This document shows positions 9,737-24,436 of a stretch of DNA of 64,000 bases, piece by piece. This DNA comes from an uncultured Planctomycetaceae bacterium. Lineage in GTDB: Bacteria > Planctomycetota > Planctomycetia > Planctomycetales > Planctomycetaceae. The notes beneath the pieces are model-generated. The model ran no database searches and was not told the DNA's origin. It saw only the letters and a program-made list of their open reading frames with translations. Location of the stretch: positions 800,001-864,000 of the forward strand of contig CAWFAK010000005.1 in assembly GCA_963813715.1 (NCBI GenBank), given 5' to 3'. The number at the start of each line of letters is the position of its first letter. Within the stretch, counting starts at the first letter, position 1. Position numbers and translations under genes: made by a program.

Positions 9737-10939
9737 CTACTTGATGACCTTGGCGTCGGCGAGGTCGAGATGATCGGCGATGTCGAGATCTCCGCCAAAG
9801 TCGACCAGGATTTCGATCTCACGCACGCCCGCAATGTCCAGGTCCAGGTTGAGCGGCGGATCGGAGCCGCGCACGTCGGATTGATGCAGGACCTTGTCGT
9901 CGCCCGAGATCACCACGTGCACGTTGCCCAACGGGGCGACGGCCTGGTCGATCCCCATCACCGCCTGGAAGCGGCGGTATTCGCCGTTGACGCGATATTT
10001 CAGCAACGTGCGGGAATGAATCCACAGCCCGCGCGCGTATTCCTTGTTGCCCAGCCGCAACATGCCGCCATCCCGCGGCCGATCGCGGCAGTAGGTCCAG
10101 ACCTGGTCGAAGAAGGGAGTGTATTTCACCTCTCTCGGTTCGAGCTGCGATAGGTAGCGGACTTTCCCCAGACTGAAGTCGAGCGTGACGATTTGCTCGC
10201 CCGGCGACCACGATCTGTGCACCGCCCAGCAGGCCGGCCTTGAGTTGCCCGTTGGACCATTGGGCAGTTTGGGCCTTGAGAAAGTCGCCGCCCGTGGACG
10301 TCACTTCGCAGACGGGCTTGCCCGGCGTCGGCATTCCGCCGCGCGTAGACAATGCCGAAGATTTTTTCCCGCTTGAGCGTCACGTCTTCGCCGTCCAGCA
10401 CGAAGTGAATGCCGACGTCGTCCACCTTGCCGACGGTGCCGTCCAGGTGATCGAGCACGTTGCCTTTGCGGATGACGAGCATGTCGCGCGTCAGGTCGCG
10501 GGTCGTCAGGTCGTGCCAGGCGTCGGCGACTGGCGGCTCATTCGGCGCGAGGCGAATGTTGGCAACTGCATTGAGGGGCAGGGCGAATTTGCCGAAGTTG
10601 GCCGTTTCGACCTGGGCACCGGCTTCGCTCACGCGGAGCCCGCTATAGAACAGGTGCGAGCCGTCGGTGAGCGCGAGCTTCCGGCCGACGCGGATCGCCG
10701 CCGCTCGCGGTCGGCTTGACGGACAGCGCCCGAATGTCGAGCACTTCAGCCAGCGGCACTTTGACGGTTTTGCCCGCGGCGGTCAGCGTGGCGGAATCGG
10801 ACGAAAGCTCGGTCAGCACGCCGGTTTGCCGGTGGCCGGAGAGCGTGGTCAGCTCGAACTGCAACCCGGTCGAGGCCGGTTCAGCGGCCCCGCTGAGTGC
10901 GGTGGCGATAAAAAGCACAGACGGCGCGAGCGAAATCAT
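9737..10939 (-). CDS. secreted NPCBM/NEW2 domain protein (several frameshifts)
   Basis: Fragments 10643..10939, 10126..10632, part of 9819..10352 and 9737..10222; C-terminal 'YARGLWIHSRT..Y...F.A.MGID...V...GD..L......VDFG...D..D.ADA' is NPCBM-like. Confidence 0.8.
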
Positions 10940-10961
10940 CTCGGAGCATTCCCTCGAGTTC

Positions 10962-12016
10962 TTATTTTCCCTTGTCCGGGCCGGGCGTCTTAGCCAGCTT
11001 CTTGAAGTATTCTTCCACGGCCCGGCGGTAATTCGAGGGGAACTCGCGATTGAGCCGGCTTTCGGCCTCGGTGGCCGCCTTGGGAGGCAGACCGCCCCAC
11101 GTGCCCGCTCTCTTCTTCGTATTCGGGTCGACGTTGCCGGGAGCGGTCGCCCCCTTCAACATCGAATCTTCGGCCGGCCGGTTCGATTGATTGCTGTTGT
11201 TCTGTTGTTGCTGGGCCTGCGACTGCTGCTGGTTGAGCTGCGCCTGCTTCTTTTTGATGATTTCGTCGAGCGATTCGATGATTTCATCCTGCACTTTTTG
11301 CACGCGCTGCCCGCTGCGGCCCAAGGTCCAGCCGCCGCTCCGAGTCCTGCATCTTTCGCGAGACGCCCGACAGCGATTGATCGTCGAGCGCGGAGAGCTC
11401 GTCCTGCATCAGCGTCGCAACCTGGAGATAGGGCTCGGCCACGCCTTCGGTCTTGTGCAACAGCTTGTCGAGCGTCGCCAGCCCGTCTTTCTTGCGCAAC
11501 AATTGATGCTCGCAGACGGCTCGATAGAAGAGACACGTTGCCGGATCGACTACCTTTGCCGGATCGATCTTCGCAAAGACGGCCAGTGCCTCATCATAGA
11601 GCAGACCCTGCGTGAGCGCGCGGGCGTAAAACAGCCGCAGGTGGGCGGTCAGGAATTCGTCCGATTCATCCTGCGTGAGCAACGGCTTGGGGAGCGAGCG
11701 GAACGACGCGCCCGGACCGTACGTGTTGACGAATTGGCGGATCGTCGGATCGGCCAGGCGAGAAGCTCTGGATCAGGCGATCGAAGATCTGCCGTGGAGC
11801 GAGCGGCGGCGTGGCCGGCGCCCACAGTTGCACGATGCTAGCGACCGGCTTCTCGTTGGTGACGCCATGATGCGAAAGCCAGCGCAGCAGCTCCTGCCGT
11901 ACTTGCTCGGCCGAACGGGGTGCGTACAGCTCGGTTCCCTCCGCCGCCGGCAGAGCGCCCGCCCACGAGCACAGGAGGGCGGTCGCTACGAAGATCGAGT
12001 GTCGGACGGTAATCAT
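10962..12016 (-). CDS. conserved planctomycete secreted helical/TPR-like protein (frameshifted)
   Basis: Fragments 11666..12016, 11284..11682, 10962..11324 join into one protein with signal peptide and 'WGGLPP...FP.NYR..VEEYFKKLA' end; ATGA overlap with upstream gene. Confidence 0.75.
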
Positions 12017-14021
12017 CGGTTTCGTCCCGTTGCGATGATGTAGGTGGCGTCCTGGATCTCGGCCTGCCGATGCGCGAGTTTCGACAGGTCCTGCAGCAAC
12101 TTCTCGTTGCTGGCCTGTTCGCCCTTGATCAGCTGACCGATCTCCTTGGTGCGGCGGTTCACGCGGAACTGCAGCGAACGGAGCATTTTCAGCTCGGCCA
12201 GGTCCTGGACGAGCTGTTTTTCTTCATCGCCCTGGCCGCGTTGCCCCCGCTGCTGGCGGCGGTTTTCGTCCTGCTTTTGCCGCTTTTCGATTTCGTTCTG
12301 CAGGGCGGTGACCATCTCTTCCAGCGATTCGATCACGTCCCGTTCCACGGACTGCGTGAATGCGCCGACCTCGTTGCCCGAGAGCCGCGTGGAGATCGTC
12401 AGCATGTCGTCGCGGACCTGCTCGACCCCTTGCGGGAAGGCCACCGAGGAGCCCTCTTCTTTGAGCAGCTTGAGCGCCTTGGCGGCTTCGTCGGCGATCG
12501 TGGCTTCGTCGACCGAAAGCTCGCGCGCCCGGCCGAAGTGTTTGACGGTCCAGGCATTGGTCGGCGTCTTGCTGAGGGCGACAGTGTCGACATGGATTTG
12601 CAGTTGCATCACCAGCATCTTGGCGAATCGCGCTTCGAGCGATGCCAGGATGATTTGCTGCTCTTCCTGACGCAGCTGCCGCAGGATCTTTTCGAGCTGG
12701 GCGCGGGCTTCGGCGAGCTTGCGGATCGCCTCGTCCTGGTGTCCCATGCCCTTTTTGCCTTCGAGCCGCTTGAGCTCCTCTTCGGCTTGCCGCATGGCGC
12801 GGCGGGCGTCTTCGATCTCGTTGCGGCCGGGAGTCTTCTTGGGCTGCGTTTGTTCTTGCGACTGCTCGCCTTCGGACGGCGATCCCTCTTGTGGCTCGTT
12901 CTCTTCGCCCTGTTCGCCCGGCTTGGGTTGCTGACCCTTGCCCTGCTGTTTGTCGGATTTTCCTTTCTTGGAATCGCCCTTCTTCGAGTCGCCTTTTTTT
13001 GAGTCGCTCTTTTGCTGCGAGTCTGGCGAAGACTGCTTGTCGCTGTCCTTGCTATCCTTCTTTTCGACTTTCTGGTCGCCGTCTTTTGAGCCGGACTGCT
13101 TATTCCCGTCGGCCTTCTTGTCGCCGCTCTTTTTGTCCGCGTCGCTCTTTTTGTTTGGGTCGCTCTTTTTGTCCGCGCCGGATTTCTTGTCGCCGTCGGC
13201 CTTCTCGCTATCGGACTTTTCCGCGTCGGACTTCTTGGCGTCCGACTTCTGGTCTTCCTCCGACTTTTTGTCCCCGTTGGCTCCCTTATCCCCCTTCTGG
13301 CTGTTCTTGGAATTGCGGCTGCTGTTGGGCTTGCCGTCGGGACCGTTGCGGCTGGCGTCTTCTTTCTCAATCTTGTCGAGCAGCGACTGGGCGTCTTTGC
13401 CGATATCGCCTTGCCGCTCGCCCAGGCGGTTCAGATTACCGCCGCGCTCGGTGGCACGTCGCAGGTCCTTCTCGCGCGCAGACAGCTTGCTGACTTCTTT
13501 GTGCAGCAATTCGTAGTACTGCTTCTCCTGTTCGAGCTGGTGGCGGCGATCTTCACTTTGCAAAAGCTCGAGCAACCCCTTCAGGTCGGCGACGAGATGC
13601 TGCTGGTCGCCGATGGCGTCGCCGAACTGCTCCTTCTTGAGCAGCTGGGTGATGGCGTCCATCTGCTGGGAGATGCGGGTTTCTTTGCTGCGGCCGATTG
13701 CCCGGATCAGCAGGTCCGCCCGCTCGGGCTCGGTCTTCCGCAGGTACTCGGCCATCTGCAGGAGCGTCCGCTCGAACTGCTGATACCGACGTTCGAGGCT
13801 CGATTCGGTCTCATCGAGCCCACTGGCCGGCGCATCGGCGGGGCCGTTCCCTTCGGCGGCTTTGGGCTCGGAGGGCCGAGTCTCCTGTGCCCGGGCCGGC
13901 ATGGGCTGAGGGTGACGAAGACGACTGCCGCCAGCGTTCCACACGCGGCCAACACCGCGGCAAGGGCAACCCCCAACGGCGGGCGTCGATGGGACCGATT
14001 CTTTCCTGTTGGGCGGTTCAT
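12013..14021 (-). CDS. secreted coiled-coil protein with K/D/S/Q low-complexity linker (frameshift near 13910)
   Basis: N-terminal ORF 13707..14021 with signal-like segment joins ORF 12013..13944; ATGA overlaps at both ends. Confidence 0.78.
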
Positions 14022-16557
14022 TTGAGTTCCAGCCCTTTCAGCTCCTTGAGGCGCGTCCGCTTCTGCTCTTGTTTCGTCGCGTCGATAATCTGGTCCTGAT
14101 CCTTGATCAGCTTTTGCAGCCGGGCGATCGCCTCGTGGAATTTTACCAAGTCCTGCATTTCGGCAAGGGCCATCTTGAGCCGGGCGACGACCGTGGTCAC
14201 CGACCGGATACTCGCGTCGATCTGCGGGACCGAGTTACGTTGAGCCTCTGACTCTAGTTTAAACAATCCGATCGCCTCATCGGCAGCCGGGAAGTCTTTT
14301 TCGTTGGCCAGGTGCAGGGGCTGGACAATCCGGTCGCCGATCCGCTCCACCATCTGCTGTGTGTGGACGGCATTGTTCACCAGCTCCTCCAGCAGCCCGC
14401 GGAAGGAATCTTCGACCGAAGCCGTGTCGACCGAGTTCTTGCGGATCTGATTGAGCGAGCGGACGGCACAAACCGTGATATCGGTTTGCAGGTCGCCCGC
14501 GTTCTCGGTCTCGCCCGGCGGCTTGCCGCTTTGCCCGGCCCCCCCTGCGGCAGCCGCCGACTGCTCGGCCCGGCTGCGATGTTCGATCAGGTCTTTTTGG
14601 ACAGCTTCCAGTTCCGAAATGATCCGCTCGAACCGCTCGCGGAGATTCACCTCTTTGACGTAGAGGATGGCGAGCAAGTCCTCGTCGCTGACGATTTGAA
14701 AGACGTACTCCTCGCCGCGCGTGCGGTGCGGACCGTTGACGTTGTCGCCGTCCTCGGCCGAAACGCAGAGACTCAGCTTCTGACCGATTTTGAGGTCGAG
14801 CGGCAAGACCTGGAACCGCTCCGTCTTGTCGGCGTCGTCGCGCTGGAGCGCGAAGCTCTTGGGAGCGCCGGCGGGCGGGCGACGGAACGGATAGGGCCGC
14901 CACGCCTGGTCCTTGCCGAGCCGAAACTCGAACTGAGCCTGGGCCACGCCATAGTCGTCGGTGACCGTCCCGCTGACCGGGATCGTCGCTTTTCGGGTAA
15001 TCGAGGTGCCGACACCGCGCAGCTCCGTGGTGATGGTGGGCGGCGTGTCGGCGATGCCGTTGATCACGATACGGATCGGCTCGACGCTGAGAATGTCGTC
15101 CGTATCCTCAAGCTCCATCCGCAGGCGCGTGTCGGCAGGAATTGCGATCGGCAAACCGACCGTGCCCGCGGCCGCCGCCTGTTTGTGGTCGCCCGCTTTC
15201 GGGTTCGCGCGACCGGTCAAGATGAATGGCAAATGAGCGTCGAGCCCGTCGACCGACAGGAACGATCCGTCGGGCGGAGTCGGGAGTGGTTGCTCAGCTC
15301 CCAGCTCGCCCGCCGCATTCTTATGCGCGATCCGGCCCCCCTGGCGCGACAGGCTGATCCGCAGGGCGTCGGTCTCGATCCGCAGGCCGACGAGCGGCTT
15401 GTTTGACCGGGCGCGGAACACAAACGACGTCTCCATCGGCAGGGCGACTTGCGAGCCTTCGACCTCCACCGTCTTCCGTCCCGACTTCCCCTCGCTGTCG
15501 CGGTCGAGCCCAGTGTAGGAGGGATAATCGCAATCAAGGGCCACCCGGTCGAAGCGCGGTGGCTCAACCACTTCGACCCGTAGCGGCGTGCGGCTGACGT
15601 AGTCACCCCCTGCGACCGACAGCGACAGGCTGTCCAACAGGCCCGACAGCGTGTGCCGAAACTGATTTTCGGTGTTTTTCACCATGTCGACGCGTCCGGC
15701 ACCCCGTCCGCCGTCGAGCACGTAATTGAGTTCGACGTTGGCCGGCACGATCGTTCCCTCGGCCGGCTCGACGAGGAGCGTGAGGTCGACGCCGCGCGGA
15801 TGCTTGAGCTGCCCGTCGTGAAACTCGCGGAGGCGATCGCCCGGCTGCACGATGGCCTTCACAACGAGTCGCGTCTCGCGGGGCCAATAGGTCGCCTCGC
15901 GCGTGACGAAAGCGTGACTCCAGCGGGCCAGCGCCGCGGTGCGATCAAGCCTAGCGCGCCACGCTGAGCAACAGCACGCTGGCCGCCGTCACCGCCCGGC
16001 GCAGCGGCGTGCGGTCGAAGACCGATTCGACTGGCAGCGAGGCGGAGACCCGCACGGCCTCGGCGATCGTGCGTTCGAGCATGGCGGCCGTCAGTTGAGA
16101 CTCGCACCCCTCGCTTCACCGGCGTGTGCGCGGGATGTTCCAAGGGCTTCTGCCGCTTCGACGGCCGTAATCAGGCGGGAGCCCATTTCCGGGAACCGTC
16201 GCTCCAAGAACGAGGGCGAGTGCCCGCGCTCGAAATCGCCGCACAAGCCGCAGCCCGATCCAAAACAGGGCGACCGTGCCAGCCAACAGCAGCGAACACA
16301 CGGCGACGCCGTCACGAAACCAGATCGGCAGCTCCAGTCCGGTTAGCCGAAAGTAAGCCCAGTCGATGCCGAGAGTGAGCCAGAACATCGCGAGCAACAC
16401 GACGACAACCAGTGCCGTCCCTTCGAGCAACAAATAACGCCGAATCCGCGATTTGAGCTGCGCCAAAAGAGCGGCGAGCGCGGGGGCCAGCGGCCGCGCG
16501 GGCAGTGGGCGCGAGCGTCTCACCGGCGTCGAGATTGGTGAAGGGGCTTTCGGCCAT
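14018..16557 (-). CDS. large membrane-anchored protein, DUF4175-like architecture (frameshifted)
   Basis: N-terminal TM fragments (16312..16557, 16116..16523, 16091..16315 'LERRFPEMGSRLITAVE') join ORF 14018..15862 with 'D.PP.I', 'DDYGV', C-terminal coiled coil. Confidence 0.72.
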
Positions 16558-16678
16558 GGATTGGTCGGGGAAGATTCGACCTGTCAGGAAGTTTCAGCAG
16601 TCAGGAGATTGACAGTCACGAGTCAAAATCTGCGGCCACGAGTCAAATGGTCCGGGGGTCTGAGTGACCTAGGAAAAC

Positions 16679-19232
16679 TTACGCCAGGCGCAAGAGCTTG
16701 CGGGTCAACCATTCCACGCCGAGCAGCCCAACCAGCAAATACAGGACCCATTGCCGATCCCACAGGGCGCGGAGCTGTTCATCGACGGCGAACCGTTCGC
16801 CCCGATCGGGCAGTAGGCCGGGCAATTCGGCCGCCGCGCTTTCCAAAGTTAGATATTTGCCACCTGTTTCGCGAGCCAGGTCCGCCAGCAGCTTCGCGTT
16901 CTGACGGGGATTGTCCGACTCGAGGTTCGGCAGCACGACGTCGATTTTGGCCGACAGGTTCTGCTTCTCGTCGTCGAGCTGCGGGCGAACGAGGATCCGA
17001 TAGGTGCCGGGCAGCGAGGCGCGGAAGTCGGCCGAGTATTGCCCGGGGCGGTCCCGATCGCGGGTGAGGGCGCGGGGCGCGCCCAGCGGCAATCCGTGCG
17101 GGTCGAAGACGTTGAGCTCGACCGAGGGGGCGTCCAAGGGCCGCAATTGCGGGTCGAGCAGATTGGCCCGCACGCGAATCGTCTGCCCCAGGGCGTATTG
17201 ATTGCGTTCCAAAAGCAACAAGCCTCGGGCCGTCCCGCGTCGCAGCCGGCCCTGCCCGACCTCGCGGATCACTTTCGTCCAGAAGCGATCAAAGTACTCC
17301 TCGTCGACGGCCCGCAAACGCCAGAGCTCGGGGCTGCCAATATAAAAGGTCCGCCCCGATCCATAGAACTGGGCCGCAAACAAAATAGGCTGTCCGTGCT
17401 CGTTTTGTGCGCGGGGGTCGGAGAAGTTCGCATAAACGGTTGCCCCGGCCTTGGCGCCGGCTGTCGGGTAGCAACGGTACACGCCGGGGAACTGCTTCCA
17501 GGCGGCGGCCGGATCGAAGGAATTCTCAACCAGCTGCAGGAAGCCCGTCTGCTTGCCCGCCTCGGTGAGGGCGACCGGCCACGGCTGGTCGGCCTTGGAG
17601 TCGAGAGAGAGGTCCTGAATGGCCGCGCTTAAGAAGACCGGGTAGAGCTCCTTCACCTGATCCAGATCGTTGTTGGGGGCTGCCAGCTGCGGCGTGAAGA
17701 TGTCGCCGGCCACCACCACCAGGCCGCCGCTGTGTTCGCCGACCCAGTTCGACAGCAGCTTGCGGCCTTCGGGCGAAATCCGCGACCAGTCGGGATCGAA
17801 GGCCACGACCACGTCGTAGTCGAACAGTTCCGCAGGCGTGCGCGGAAAGTCGACGAGGATTCTCTTGGCGTCCTGGCTCACCTGGCTGGCTGTTACGGCG
17901 GACACCGTCTGCAGCCAAACGTCGACGTCGATCGACGAGTGGCGATTCAGCATCGTGTGCAGGAAGCGATAATCGCGCATCGGTCCGCCCGCGATCAACA
18001 GCACGTGCAGCTTGCGGTCGATCACGTTGACGGTCTTGCGACGCTCGTTGTCCTCGTCGCTGATTTCGCGGACGCCGGCCGGCGGCTTCGCGCGAACGAA
18101 GAACTCGAAGCCGCCCGCGACGGTCGGCGTTTGGCGAAACCGCACTTCGACCGGTAAGCCATCTTCTCGGAGCAGAATCTCGCGCTGTTCGATGACTTTG
18201 GGTTGGCTCTTCTCATCCCCTTCGGGACGCACCAATAATTCAACGGTGACCGTGCGTCCTTTGAGTCCGAAGCCTTGGACGAACGCCGCAAAATCGTACG
18301 GGTCGTTCAGGTGCACGTCCGAGGGCGCTTGGATGCTGACGACCTGCAGGTTGACTGGCTGCTCGGTGCTTCCGACGCCGACAGTAAAGAGTCGCACGTT
18401 GGCGCGCTTGGCCACTTCCTGGGCCGTCGACGGCTCGATGCCGGCGTTCGAGTTGCCGTCGGAGATCACCACGATTCCCGAAAGCGTGCGCGCCGCCCAG
18501 CTGCCGAACCGCTTCGTCGACCGCTTCGCCCAAGCGAGTCTCCAGGCCCCGGGGCCGCACGATCTCGTTCCAATCGACTGACTTTGTGGCGGTCTTGCCG
18601 GCAGTCGTGCCGTTTGGCTTGGACTGTTGGCTGGAATCGGATGCGCTGTTTTCCTGTCCGGCGGTCGCGGCCTCGCTGCTGCTGTCGGCCGACCCCGTCG
18701 TTCCCGCGACGGCCGCCTCGCTCCGCTCAGCTTGCGACGGATAAGCGGCGTGCGGCCCAGTCAGAGTCGAATCGAACGAGTAGACGCGTACGTTGTGCTC
18801 CTTACGCAGTTCGGAAAGCAGGGGCGAAACGGTCATCAGGTCTCGCACCGCTTCGGCACGCGTTCGGCTGGACTCGGTGGGCCGTGCCGCCGTTTCGGGA
18901 AAGCGCATCGAGAGCGAGGTATCGATCAGCACGGCCACCCGCGAGGGGCGGTAGGCGATCTGTCGCGTCCGCTCCTGCGGATTGAGGGCGATCGCCGCTA
19001 GCGAGACGAGCACGGCCAGCCGCAACGCAGTGAGGCAGTACTGCCAGCCGCGGCCTGATTCGTGGGCATCGCGACGATAAATGGAAATGGCCAGCGCCAG
19101 AAGCGCCAACACGACGCCGACCCCCGCCACCCAGTGCAGGGGCGAGCCCGGCCAATCGAACTCGATGGTGCGGAGCGCCGCGTCCGAGGCGGCTGTCAGC
19201 AACACGCGAGAGGCGAAGAGACTGACCGTCAT
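16679..19232 (-). CDS. membrane VWA-domain protein with glutamine-amidotransferase-like domain (frameshift near 18490)
   Basis: TM helices, MIDAS 'LIDTSLSM', 'VISDGNSN', 'VLLIAGGPMRDYRFL', 'LFDYDVVV', 'GGLVVVAG', C-terminal TM 'EWLTRKLLRLA'. Confidence 0.83.
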
Positions 19233-21626
19233 AGTGCCGGCCCTCCCTTCGCGACGGGCGGATGATAACTGAGCCGCAACGCGAACAGTTGTTCGACGAC
19301 CAGCATCACGGCGAGCACCAGGAGGAGCAGCGTCCGCGCCTCTTGCGACGCGCTATGCCCCTCGATCCACTGGAACGCGCCCGGGTCGTGAATCTGTACA
19401 TGCACGTCGTTGGAGAGGCGGGCCAGGATTTCCGGCGTCGTCGCAATCTTGAGATCGCTCTCCTGCAGCGGCACGTTGTACGAAATCCACCGCTCCACGG
19501 GCGCGGCCGACTGGTCTTTGAACAGACGCACCATATACATGCCCGGGAGGTCCGTGTCCCCGTAGGTGGCCACCACTCGGACGTTCGTCTTGTTGGACGC
19601 TCCGCGGCTCGACTTCGTTCCGGAAGGCGCGGCCGCGGGCGGCCCAGTCTTGCCCGTGTTGGTCGAATTGGCCGGCCTGCCGTCCGCGGGGGGCTCGGGA
19701 GGAAAACTGGCGTGAGCTGCGCCGGTCGGCCCCGGCGTCGACTCGCCGGTCGGCCGGGTCGCCTTCACGCGGATGACCCGCTGGCCGTGCGCGTCCGGCG
19801 CGGTGATCTCGACGGTCTCCAAAAACTCGGCCGGATCGAAGGACACGTCGATCGGCTCGCCGACGATGCGGTGGTCCAGCGTCTGGTTTTCGCGGGCGAT
19901 GTACTTTGCCAGCTCGAGGTGAAAGATGACCACGCTCGGATTGACGCCCCAATCGTTCCATTTCGGCCCCGCCGTCGTCAGGAAAGCGAGGATCCGCCCC
20001 TTGCCGTATTGCCGCTCGAAGGCAATCGGATCGTTCGTGACAAGGTGAGCGATGGTCGACACTTCGTCTTTGCGTCGGTTGTCGTCGCGGACCCATTTTT
20101 CGGAAACGGGGATCCAGGTGTTGATTTTCACGCCCTGGACGAACGGATTCTCTTGCCCGAAGAAGTGCTCAAACGGCGGCCGATTGGCAAACGAGAGGTC
20201 GGGGGCTTTGGAGTCGGTGTCGGGTCGCGGCATTGATTTGTGCGTTCGCGCCAAAGGCACCGGGAACAGTCCGCCCGCCTTGGTGTAGAGCTCTTCGTTG
20301 TAAAAACCCGTGTTGACGACGCCGCCCAAAAACCAGGCGATGCCCCCGCCTCTGCGCACGTAATCCGCCAGCCGATCGATGGCATCGGCGCAGCTGGTTC
20401 ACGTTGAGCAGATAGATGCAGCGGAAGGCGTCGAGCGATTCGCGGGTCAGGAAGTCGGGACTCTCGACCCGTGGAGAGAAGCCGGTGATCGTGGGGTCGG
20501 CGGCCAGGGCATTCGAGACGTACGAGCCGTCGTCGCTGTCGTTGTCGCCATCGATGATCAGGACCGGGTTGGCGACGCTGATATCGAGGGCCGCGTAACG
20601 ATGATTGTCGGACGCGAGCGAGTCTTCCGGCAGCTGGACTTCGACGGTGTGCTTCCCGGCCTTCTTGAAGCTGACGTCGATATCGCGCGACTGCTCGGTC
20701 CCGGGCTCGAGTTTTTCGATCTCGACTCCCAGCGGCAACAGGTTGCCATCGGCCATCACGCCCAGGCGGACGTTTGTCGCCACCTTCGTGCCGAGGTTGC
20801 GGACGGACGCCTTGAGCCGCACCGGTACGCCGGCAGCCGCCGTGCGGACTTCGCCCCCCAGATCCGTAATCGCCAGGTTGTCGTGCGGCTCGTTCACGGT
20901 CCGCGCGAAGTCGATCGACGTGCCGGTCTTGGCCACGGCGCTGAAAGCCGTGCGAAGCGCCGGGCGCTCGCGCCAGTCGTACGCGCGGAAGTCGGAAATC
21001 ACGTGCAGATGCCGCACCGTCCCCGGATCCTGCGCGAGCAGCTTGCCCGCCGCGTCGACCCCGCTCACCAGGTCGAGCGTCTGGTGGCTGCATTCCAGCC
21101 GCTCGAAGATGTTCTCCAGCTCGACGGCAAACGCGTTGTTCACATCGTGCTTGAGGAACAGGGGCCGATCGGGATGCGACAAGAGCAACAGCGTGCATTG
21201 CTGCGTGCCCGGACGGCGGGCTCCTTCGGCGACGAGCCGCCGCACGATCGAGAGCCCCTCTTTGAAGGCGGATGTTTCACCCCAGCGGTCTCGCATCGAG
21301 CCGCTATCATCCAGTAGCACGACGTGGTGCGATTTTCCGCCGCGAAACGCCCAGAGCGCGCTCGGGTCGAGCACGAGCCGCGAGATCAAGAGCAGGATGG
21401 CCGCGACGATGGCCATCCGTATCAGGAGCAAGAGCAGCTGCTCGATCAGCAGGCGCCGTCGGTTGCGCTGCTGGCTCTGCAGCAAGAACTGCATCGCCGC
21501 AAAACGCACCCGTCGAAAGCGGAGTCGGTTGATCAGGTGAATGATCACCGGCACCGCCAGGAGCGCAGCTCCGGCGGGAAGCACATACGAGGGATGCAAA
21601 AAGTGCGTGGCGATCCAGTCGCTCAT
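19229..21626 (-). CDS. BatA N-terminal/VWA/CARDB-like membrane protein (frameshift near 20385)
   Basis: 'FLHP...PVIIHLINR.R...RFAAMQFL' BatA motif, MIDAS 'LLDDSGSM', 'ISDF', 'NLAITDL', C-terminal TM. Confidence 0.85.
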
Positions 21627-22628
21627 GAGACTCCGGTCAAGATTCCTTTGACGGGCGAGATTCCTCGGAGGGGCGCGAGATCCTTGTCGGGCGATGTCGT
21701 TTGGTCCTGTCGTCTCGCTCGCGGCTGCCCCAAACGCCGCCGGGCGCGCTCGCCTTAGCGCAGCGCGGATCGCATGCCGATGCGGTGATTTAAATAGTGG
21801 GCCAACGCGGCATCCAGGTGCTCGCTCGTGCGGATCGTCTGGTAGTCAATCAGACGGCGGGAACAGTTGCGGCGGATTGTCTCCAAAAACTGGTTGAGCG
21901 CGGTCAGGTAACCTTCCCGCAGGGCCCGCGGATCGCACATTACGTCCCCGGCCGCTTCCAGCCCCTCGAATTTCGTCGTCCCCGAAAAGTCGAAGTCCAG
22001 CTCTTCGTCGTCCAGGATGTGAAAGACCATCACGTCGTGTCCGCGGTGCCTTAAGAGGCTCAGGCCCTTGTCGAGCGCCTGCGGATCGACGAACAAGTCC
22101 GAGATCAGGACGACCATGCCCTTGAGCGACTGTTCCTCGGCCACCTGGGCCAACAATTTTTCGATGCCCGTCTTGCTCGCCGGCTTCTGGGTCCGCAGCG
22201 CCTCGACGATCGAATGCAGGTGGCTCTGGCGGCTTCGCGGCGGCACCCGCGAGCGGAGCGCATTGTCGAACGTCGTCAGCGCCACCGCGTCCGATTGCCG
22301 CAACAGCAAGTAGGACAGCGCGGCAGCCACCGTGCAGGCATAGTCGTACTTGGTCATCGCTCCGCTGCCGTAGTTCATCGACTCGCTGACGTCGACCAAC
22401 AGCAGCGTGCGGAGGTTGGTGTCCTCTTCGTATTGCTTGATGTAGTACTTGTCGGTTTTGGACCAGACCTTCCAGTCGATCCGCCGAAAGTCGTCCCCCG
22501 GGACGTACTCCCGGTGCTGGACGAACTCGACCGATTGCCCGTAATAGGGACTGCGGTGCAGACCCGACAGAAACCCTTCGACGATCTCGCGGGCGCGCAC
22601 TTCGAGCCGCGAAATCCTCGAGATCTGC

Positions 22629-23684
<1,056 letters not shown>

Positions 23685-23881
23685 TTGCCTTGGGCTCTCC
23701 GTAGGGACGTGATCAGGTCGAACGCGGCGTCGACCTCGTGGCAGTCGCAACAGTCAATTATACCCCGCAGTTTGCGCAAACCGTCAAGTGCAGGGCTCGG
23801 CCCCGCACCCGGTGCGGCTTGCGCTTCGCGAGCCGCGAAGAGCTGCGCACGCAGTATTTGTTTCTTTCTGAGTTTTTCCTT

Positions 23882-24382
23882 TCACACATGCATCGCGCCG
23901 CAGAGCGGGGCCGGCCAGGGCAGTTTTGAGTGCTCGGCCAAGAGCCGGTCGAAGGCCGCCGTGATATGGGGCGGAAAGGGTGACGATTTGCGAATTTGGA
24001 AGTCGACGTGCGTGCCGATCGCCTCCATCGTGGCGGCCAACGTGCCCGCGTCGTCGTTCGACATGAAATGCAGCATTTGGAATCGTTTGTCCGATCGCGC
24101 GATGGCCCGCGTGCGCACGGTCACCTGCTGCCCCACGCGGACCTCGTGGAAATATCGGACATGCGACTCGAGCGCAAAGGTCGTCGCGTGGCTCTTCTCG
24201 AAATACTCGGCGGTGAGGCCGACCTGGTTCCAGACCTCCATCAGGGCGCACGAAAATAGATGCGTGAACCACATCACGTTCATGTGGTTGTTGGCGTCCA
24301 GGTAATCCTCGGGGATTCGCTGGCGATGGCCGACGGGCAGCATCTCCAGGTCGGCCAGGGTGATCGACTTCCAATTATTCAT
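23882..24382 (-). CDS. acyl-CoA thioesterase (4HBT/hot-dog fold)
   Basis: 'YLDANNHMNV', 'TFALESHVRYFHEV'. Confidence 0.85.
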   Translation of the reverse strand: MNNWKSITLADLEMLPVGHRQRIPEDYLDANNHMNVMWFTHLFSCALMEVWNQVGLTAEYFEKSHATTFALESHVRYFHEVRVGQQVTVRTRAIARSDKRFQMLHFMSNDDAGTLAATMEAIGTHVDFQIRKSSPFPPHITAAFDRLLAEHSKLPWPAPLCGAMHV

Positions 24383-24436
24383 GCGGTTCAAATCGTATAA
24401 TCCGAAGGGCCTCGGGGTGCCTTCCAAATTTCATCA

